Made by a program: the position numbers and the translations under genes. The notes beneath the pieces are model-generated. The model had not been told where the DNA came from and did not search any database. It worked only from the letters and a program-made list of their open reading frames with translations. Of a stretch of DNA of 64,000 bases, positions 52,801 to 61,800 are shown in pieces (positions within the stretch are counted from its first letter, which is position 1; every line of letters starts with the position of its first letter). This stretch comes from Mytilus californianus. Its lineage: Eukaryota. The DNA lies in contig NW_026262672.1 in assembly GCF_021869535.1 (NCBI RefSeq), positions 1,116,001-1,180,000 on the forward strand, given 5' to 3'.

Positions 52801-55800
52801 ATTGATATGTGTACCTATTTTGTTACGCTACTGCTTATTACTTTAATAAAATGGTTTATAATTTCGATTTCGTATAGAATGATGCAACTATTATCACTTT
52901 CCTAAATATTAAAGGTACCGTCATATATATTTTTGAGTCAGGAAGGTTTTGGTATTAAGGATCGTTTTGTTAGCAAGAACAAGGTGCATGTAAACTTTCG
53001 TTTGATCTGTTTGAGCTTGTGATTTTGCCTTTTGATAAACACACTTTCCGTTTTGAATTTTCCTTGGAGTTCGGCATTTTTGCTATTTTACTTTTTTACT
53101 GTATTCTAATTTTAAATTTAACTAAAATGCTAATTTATTGTGTAAAGTTCACGTGACATTCACGTGAAAATACTCATGTGAAATTCAACTCAAACGAGAT
53201 TATACGTGTAACTCACATGAAAAAATTTACGTTAATTTCATGTGAATTAAGATTCACATTAATTTCAAGTTAACTGTTTATCTGCTTTTCAGTTCGTTTT
53301 CGACTCATGAGTTTAAATATCAATTTAGCATCTTTTAAAATATATAAATCTTTTACTTTCCGAATACGGTACTCCTACTGGTTTATTATTTGCAGCATTT
53401 AAAAAGCGTGTGCTCTTGCTGTTTGCCTTTGTTTCAATGAAAAAGACTAGATAGATCAAACTTTAATTTACATAACTTAATAGATACACCGTCAAGAAAT
53501 CTAGCGCGGCTTTAATCAACTTTGATCTAATAAATGCATAAAGATTTTATATCTGTGTATATATATTTGGGTTAACGCAAGTAAACATTTTGAGAGCAGA
53601 TGTGAAATAAAATTTGCAAGATGTTTTTGGTAGTTCATCTTACGTAAAACCTGTTTATTTACGAACACATTTTACTGTGACAGTCTTAAAATCATTTTTG
53701 TAGAATTGATTTTGTTATTATATAAATATACATGATTCATACACTTTATTTTTATCTGTTTTCTATTTTGTGAAACTATGCTAATCGGTTTTTTTATAAC
53801 AATTGTGACATGGTTTAGATTATTATACTATCTATCTTCATAAATAAGATATACTTTCTTTTCCCGCAATAAAATTGAGACACCAAATTGTAAATTAAAC
53901 TTGATATGTTTTGAAAGAGAGGGTTCATAAGAGCATAAATTATTAGATTTGTAAATTATAATAATAAGAACAACTCTTTCTCAAGTGAAAAGTACAAAAT
54001 TGTTTGGTAAAATTAGTTTATTATTGCTTCTCTGTTTCTAATTTTGTGTCTCATTCAATCTTAGTGACTGAACCGAACTGCACCTTCAACAAGACAATAT
54101 ATGAAAGTGATGTGAGTGGAGTTTTATCGCGATGTCCAACGAAACTTGGTTTATACGTTACACCTTACTTAAAAGCCCTTTACGCATTGATAGCAGTGGT
54201 CATAATGCTGAATCTTTTGATAGCTATGTACAGGTATAAAGTAAATGGTATACGCTGAACAATGCAAAAAAACATGATATTGAATGTGCTCAGATCTATA
54301 CAAAAGAGAGGCTAAAAATACCAGAGGAAAATTCAAACTCAGAAGTCGAAATCAAAATGACATTGCCAATGGAAAAAACACTTACAAATGTAGTTATTTT
54401 GTTTGTACTCCTGTCTGCTTCGTTAAACAAATGTTATCTGTGACAACGGATTAACACATTTCGTCAACAAGGGTTTCCCTCGGTTTTAGTTTGTAACCCG
54501 GATCTGTTTTCTCTCAATCGATTTATGACTTTTGAACAGTGGTATACTACTGTTGCCTTTATTTACAAATCCTGTAGTCAGCACTTTGTTATTGATACAT
54601 GTATGAAAGATAACTGAATTTTTTGTAAATTTACTGTTTTAAATGTTAAATTATTTGGAACACTAATATTTGTCTATCCCAGGAATAGATCGTATTATCC
54701 GTATCGCACAACTTATCGGAATTTTTGGTTTTTAATACTTTTCAACATTGCATTTGAAAAAAGTATGACAAAAATACTGAACTCCATGGTATATTCAAAA
54801 AGTGGAAGTCCATAAATACTGACAGAATCAAACGTTTGCAACCAAATGGACGAGTGGAAAACAACTTTCATATTCCTGACTTGGAACACGCATTTTCCGA
54901 AAATGGTGGTTTTATCTGGTTTTATAACAAAATAAACCTCCTACTTGTATGACAGTTGCTTATATGTCCGTTATATTGACACAATGTTGGTGAGCAACCC
55001 AAACAGACATATTTTCCAAAGATAAACACATATATTGTTTGTGAAACGAATTTTGACACACTTGCTCAATTGAATTTCAGTAACATTTTTGAGGACGTCC
55101 ATACAAAATCGATGATTTATTGGTCTGAGCTACAGACATCATTTCTTGAGGAATATAGTATCCAAACAATATTTCCAATACACCTTCAGTTACTTACCTT
55201 ACCGGGAACAGTAGTTGCAATTGTGTGGCTTTTCTGCGCAAATCTACGACAGCAGAATTCTGACGGAAATGATCGTACTAAAGAGCTTAATCATCACCCA
55301 CAATTTGTCAGAGGTATGGTGTACATTTCAAAAATAGAAGATTTTCGTACTGTTTGTTTAGATTTAGCAAATTTGCAGACATTTAAAAGAAAGATGTACA
55401 GTTAAACTTTAACAGTTATAACCTCAAGTGCAAATAAAAATGCGAAGAATCAATCAAGGTAAATAATTAAAAACTGGGGGAATCAAATGAACTCCAAAAG
55501 GTTGCTTCGAAAGGGTAAGCGTCTGTTAGTTAACCAACAACCGCAATGCGTATCCACACTTACTCTAAATGTCACAATTGAGCCTTTACTGTAATTTCAC
55601 ATATCGCACGACTATTCTGTTATCCAAAAGAGCAAAAACATGTCGTTAGTGAGTTTGTACACAGCATAGCGTATCGGTCAACAATTTCTAAACCGTTAAC
55701 CCTATGTATGTTGATATCAGTCGTTTTCCACTTAATTGTGTTGATTGATTGATTGATTGTTAGTTGCTTAACGTCCAGTGGCAAATATCTCATGCATATT

Positions 55801-58800
55801 CAGGACGAGAACAAATTAACAATAAATATAATAGGTAATTCCTGTAATAGAGACGGTCCGGGATGAAGGTCGGTGAAAATCTGTACTGGCACGGGAAAAT
55901 GAGGGTACATTGGATAGTAACAGAAATTTAGCCTTGCAACAGGCCACCTCAGACCCCTCAAAGAATTATTGCAAGGGTTCCTAACGTACAAAGAACGTAG
56001 CACTCTCTTTACATGAAGTATCGAATTTAACGTCCCAATTTTGACCGAACGTGGCTGCGAACTTGTTCATCCCTCAAAGCAGATCGGACGTCCCACATTT
56101 GCGATAGTTTTACTCGGGTCGAAGGAAGAACAATGGTGACCATATTTCTATTCGCCAGTCACCCTTGGGGGGGAGGTAACTGTGTTGAAGCATTTTTTTA
56201 ATCATGAAGTTTGTATAGTGTAACGATGCACCGGCGTAAAGCATTGTTTAAAATATGTTAACGCCATGACAAGGGGGTATGTTGCTGCAGAGAAATAGTA
56301 ATTTGACCAAGTCTGCTATTTACTTTGAAGTCGTCTATCTGTGTCAAATTGGAAAATTGAAGATGCTTCGTAATCTTGTTTTGGTGATATCCTTAAGAAG
56401 GAATTTTAATGTAAAAGTACTTATGACCTGTAATGGTTTACTTTTGCAAATTGTGACTTCTTGGATGGAGAGTTGTATCATTGGCACTCATACCACATCT
56501 TTTTATATCTATATTATGATTTTAGTTATCTAGTGTTGACACTTCTCAAAATAATCTATTTTGATAAAAATAGGTGTTGTTCACTTTTTTCGTGTATTTA
56601 AGTGAAGTACCAATTACAGAATATTCATTCGTTGTTTAAAAAGACGTTAAACCAGTGTCCCTGTATAACATGAAGTCTTAAATAAAAAATATTTAAAAAA
56701 AAAATTAAATTAACTATTGATAGTTATCGTAAAAGTATTTGATGCTTTACTTTCAGTTTTTCTCTTTGATTCTAATTATGATTTGCAACTTAAATCGACA
56801 GAAGCAGAGGAGACAAAGGCTCAAAATGACCAAGGGTAAATATACTATTCAATGCATTATTGTCTATTTGTAGTTTATATTTGAATGGTATGTAATGATT
56901 TATAGAGACAGTGTGTTCTTCTTTTTCTTTATTTGAAATCTAATCTTTCCAAAAGTTGTATTTTTCTTTAAGATACATGTTGTCCATGTTGTCTATGTGA
57001 AGAAAAAATTAGTTTTACTAGAGCTTGATTAATGTTTAAACTGTTGTAGCTATGTGTTTTCGTCGTCAAGTGGCCAATATTACAAAGAAGTAAGGACGGT
57101 GTCACATATAAAGATGTTTTCAGGTGAAATCTTAAAAAATCTGGAATTTAAAATTCATATTATAATTCAGAAAAGCATTGGTAAAGAAACAAAATAATCT
57201 CAAAATAATGATAGGTTATGGCACTCCTTTTTGAGATATTTGATTTTTAGAAAATGGCGGGATAAGTTTGACTCGGACTTTAGCCTTATATTTAGCATTG
57301 ACATTATTTAGATCTCAAATCGTAAGAAAAGAAATCTAGAATCTGCTTAAATTTTAGTAATGACCTTTTATGAGCTATTAAAGTCTTCTAGGAAAAGAAA
57401 AAAGGGTGATATGGGGCAAAATATTTTACCTTGTATCGTAGGGAAAACACAAGGAGTCCAACATCTGACAAAAATTCCTTAACCTGAAATGACAACATCC
57501 TTAAACTCTAAACATCAAGTTATAATGTGTGCAATTGAAGGATCGGAAAAAAAGAGAAAACATTAGGATTTGGGGTTTTGGTTTGCATATATAATGTGTA
57601 TGTTTTCAAGGTATAAAGACAATGATCTTAAATTTCCTTCTTCATATTTTCCATAAATACAGATAAAGTCTAGTTGTCCGAGTGGCGTAGGGTTATGGCC
57701 AAAGTGTTGACCATGTCTCCACTGAGGAGAGAATATTTCAGATCTATCAGATCTAACATTGTTAAGGTCACCACGTATATTTCAAATTAGTTGTTCCTAC
57801 TCGAGTCGTTCGTTTTCTGAAATCATGTAATAATTGGTTTGATGATTTAAGATGATCTTTATGTGACAGATCAGCTGTCAAGAATTTATTTGAAATGAAG
57901 AAAAAACATTTGCTATAATGTGCATTTTTTTTTTATTACGGATGACGATTAACTTTTTTTTTGCAGGAAAATAGATGTTAACACAGTTACGGTAAACCTT
58001 TTCTTTTGTTTTAACAGTGAATAATTTTGATTGTCGAATACGAGTGGTTGATTTAGATGTAAATATATGATTAAATCATACATGTCATATAAATCAATTC
58101 GTTATACATAGATTTTTTATACAGAAAGTATTGTGTTTTGGGCAACGTTGGCACTGTTAGTATGTTCATACAACCAAAAGATGACTGAAAATTCAATCAT
58201 ATTGTTTAATATTTATTTATTAAAAACCTTTTTTAAATTGTTCGTTTATAAATTTTTGAAATGATAGAGAAACCAAGGTTTCAGCTCCCTCATGCAAAGC
58301 TGACCTGAGATAGATGTCGCTATTTTTAAGCTCCTTTTATGTTATATAGCTCTTCAGCTGTTTCGGTTCTTGTACATCCTTGGCTTTCAAATATTCCTCT
58401 TTGAGCGTTCATGATGAAGGTAAATCTAGAAAAGCGCTTCGGACGCATGACATTTATAACATGTTGTTTCATTTTCTACAAATAAAAAAATTGTCAATAA
58501 GCTATGATATTTTTTTTCTGAATATGGAATATTTCAGTTTGTTTTGATCTATCCAACGTGAGTCTTTGTGTTTTCGCCATCGAAGCCGCCGTTAAAAGTT
58601 TCAAGTACAGAAAGTCGGGCTGTCAAGACGGTTCAATCGATTGCTCGACTTTATTCATAAAATTTGTTATTGGCAAATTGTGTTACGAGAATAGAGAATG
58701 TTTCAATGTATCGTGGAGTTAATGCAACAGTAGTTTACCGTTGATAAATTTCATAAATTGATGTGAAAGAAACAATTGTGTTAAGCAATTAACAAAAACT

Positions 58801-61800
58801 GAGATAATTAGATATTGCGTTAAGCAATGATCAAAAACGGGGGTAAACGGGTATTGTGTTAAACAATGAACAAAAACTGATGTAATCGGATGTTGTGTTA
58901 AGAAGTGAATAAAAACTGAGATAATCGATGTAGTAATCAGTGTGTCGTGAGGCAATGAACAAAAACTGAGACAATCGCTGTGTCGTTAAGCAATGAATAA
59001 AAACTGAGATAATCGATGCAGTAATAGGTATGTTGTTAAGCCATAAATAAAAACTGAGATAATCGGTGTAGTAATCGGTGGGGTGTTAAGCAATGACCAA
59101 AAATGGAGATAATCGGTGTAGTAATCAGTGTGTCGTTAAGCAATGAACAACAACTGAGATAATCGGTGTAGTAATCAGTGTGTCAATAAGCAATAATCAA
59201 AACTGAGAAAACCGATGTAGAAATTCGTGCATCGTTAAGCTATGAACAAACCTGAGATAATCGGTGTAGTAACTGGGGTGTCGTTAAGCAATGAACAACA
59301 ACTGACATAATCGGTGTAGTAATCAGTGTGTCAATAAGCAATAAACAAAAACTGAGATAATCGGTGTAGTAATTGGTGCATTGTTCAGCAATGAACAAAA
59401 ACTGAGACAATCGGTGTAGTAATTAGGGTGTCGTTAAACAATGAACAACAACTGACATAATCGGTGAAGTCATCGGTGGGGTGTTAAGCTTTGAACAAAA
59501 TACTGACAAAATCGATGTAGTTATCGGTGTGTCCTTAAGCCAAAATAATAACTGGAATATTCGGTGTAGTAATCCGCTTGTCGTTAAGCAATGAACAAAA
59601 ACTGAGATATTCGGTGGGTCGTTATGCAATGAACAAAAACTGAAACAATCTGTGTAGTAATTGGGGTGTCGTTAAACAATGAACAACAACTGACATAATC
59701 GGTGAAGTAATCGGTGTGTTGTGTTAAGCGTTGAACAAAAAACTGATATAATCGATGAAGTTATCGGTGTGTCCTTTAGCCATAAATAAAAACTGGGATT
59801 TTCGGTGTACTAATCCGTGTGTTGTTAAAGAATGAACAAATCTGAGATAATCGATGTAGTAATCGGTGTGTCGTTAAGCCATAAATAAAACTGAGATAAT
59901 CGGTGTAGTAATCGGTGTGTCGTTAAGCAACGAATTAAAACTTAGATAATCGGTGTGTCGTTAAGCAACGAACAAAAATTGAGATAATCGTTGTAGTAAT
60001 TGGGGTGTCGTTAAGCAATGAACAACAACTGATATAATCGGTGTAGTAATCGATGGGGTGTCAAGCATTGAACAAAAAACTGACATAATCGATATAGTTA
60101 ACGGTGTGTCGTTAAGCCATAAATAAACACTGGAACATTCGGTATAGTAATCCGTGTGTCGTTAAACAATGAACAAAAACTGAGATAATCGATGTAGTAA
60201 TCGGTGTGTCGTTAAGCCATGAAAAAAAACTGACATAATCGTAATAGTAATCAGTGTGTCAATAAGCAATAAACAAAAACTGAGATAATCGGTGTAGTGA
60301 TCGGTGCATCGTTAAGCAATGAACAAAAACTGAGACAATCGGTGTAGTAATTGGGGTGTCGTTAAACAATGAACAACTGACATAATCGGTGTAGTAATCG
60401 GTGGGGTGTTAAGCATTGAACAATAAACTGACATAATCGATGTTGTTATCGGTGTGTTCTTAAGCCTTAAATAAAAACTGGGATATTCGGTGTGGTAATC
60501 CGCGTGTCGTTAAACAATAAACAAATCTGTAAATATCGATGTAGTAATCGGTGTGTCGTTAGGCCATAAATAAAACTGAGATAATCGGTTTAGTAATCGG
60601 TGTGTCGTTAAGCAACGAACAAAAATTGAGATAATCGGTGTAGTAATTTGGGTGTCGTTAAGCAATGAACAATAACTGACATAATCGGCGTAGTAATCGG
60701 TGGGGTGTTAAGCATTGAACAAAAACTTTACATAATCGATATAGTTATCAGTGTGTCGTTAAGCCATAAATAAAAACTTGGATATTCGGGTTGTAATCCG
60801 TGTGTCGTTAAACAATGAACAAAAACTGAGATAATCGATGTAGTAATCGGTGTGCCTTTTAGCCATACATAAAAACTGAGATAATTGGTGCAGTAATCGG
60901 TGTGTCGTTAAGCAATGAACAAAAACTGAGATAATCGGTGTGTCGTTAAGCAGTGAACAAAAACTGAGATAATCGGTGTAGTAATTGGTGTGTCGTTAAG
61001 CAATGAAAAAACTGAGATAATCGGTGTGTGGTTAAGCAATGAACAAAAACTGAGATAATCGGTGTAGTAGTCATATGGGTTTTAAGCAATGAACAAAAAC
61101 TGAGATAATTTGTGTAGTTATCGTAGGGGTGTTACCCAATTCCAAATTAGTGTAGCATACGGAAATTTATCAAGGTAATTTAACATGTTTTGGTTTTCAT
61201 TCTATGTTAAAACAGCTATATGTGAAACGTATAGATTTGAGGAGTTTTAAATGTAAATTGTATCATGAACATGTAGCTCTCCAATTGTATCGGTTCTTAA
61301 ACATTGTTGGCTTTCAAATATTCGACATCGGAAATTCCTGATGAAGGTTTATCCAGAAAAGCTCTTCGAACGCATGAAAATTATAAAGTGTTGTTTTCAT
61401 TTTTAACAGCACTGGATCGATACCGCTGCTAGTATTCTATTTATCCCCGAGGGTATAATCAGCTCAGTAGTCAGTATTTCGGTACTGAAATGATTTTTAA
61501 CAAACTTTTGAAAAATTGCCCGTTTATAAATTTATAAATTATTTAGAAACTAAGGTTTCAATTCCCTCCGACAAAGCTGAATTAGATCAATTTAGCTATT
61601 AATTTTAGGTTGTTTTTGTTTGTTTTTTTTTTGGGGGGGGGGGTCATACAGCTCTTCAACTAGTTCGGTTTTTATGCATCCTTAATTTTTAAATAGTCGT
61701 CATTGAGCGTTCCTGGCGAACAAAAATCATGAAAAGCGCTTCGGACGCATGAAATTTATAAAGTGTTGTTTTCAGGTTTTACGGTCTCCTATTAATTACA

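Noticed and set aside
55850-55890. GGATGAAGG...GAAA in SINE-like family D as a hammerhead
   Set aside because: Lacks the CUGA core and has no consistent stems across copies.
57120-57580. Probable internal part of another DNA element (also 5760-6070 and 30110-30260)
   Set aside because: Looks repeat-like, but I could not define paired ends or TSDs within the window.
58778-61134. CRISPR-like appearance of the 50-bp array (also the 60-bp and 38-bp arrays)
   Set aside because: Units are contiguous with no unique spacers, there are no cas genes, and the context is a eukaryotic intron.
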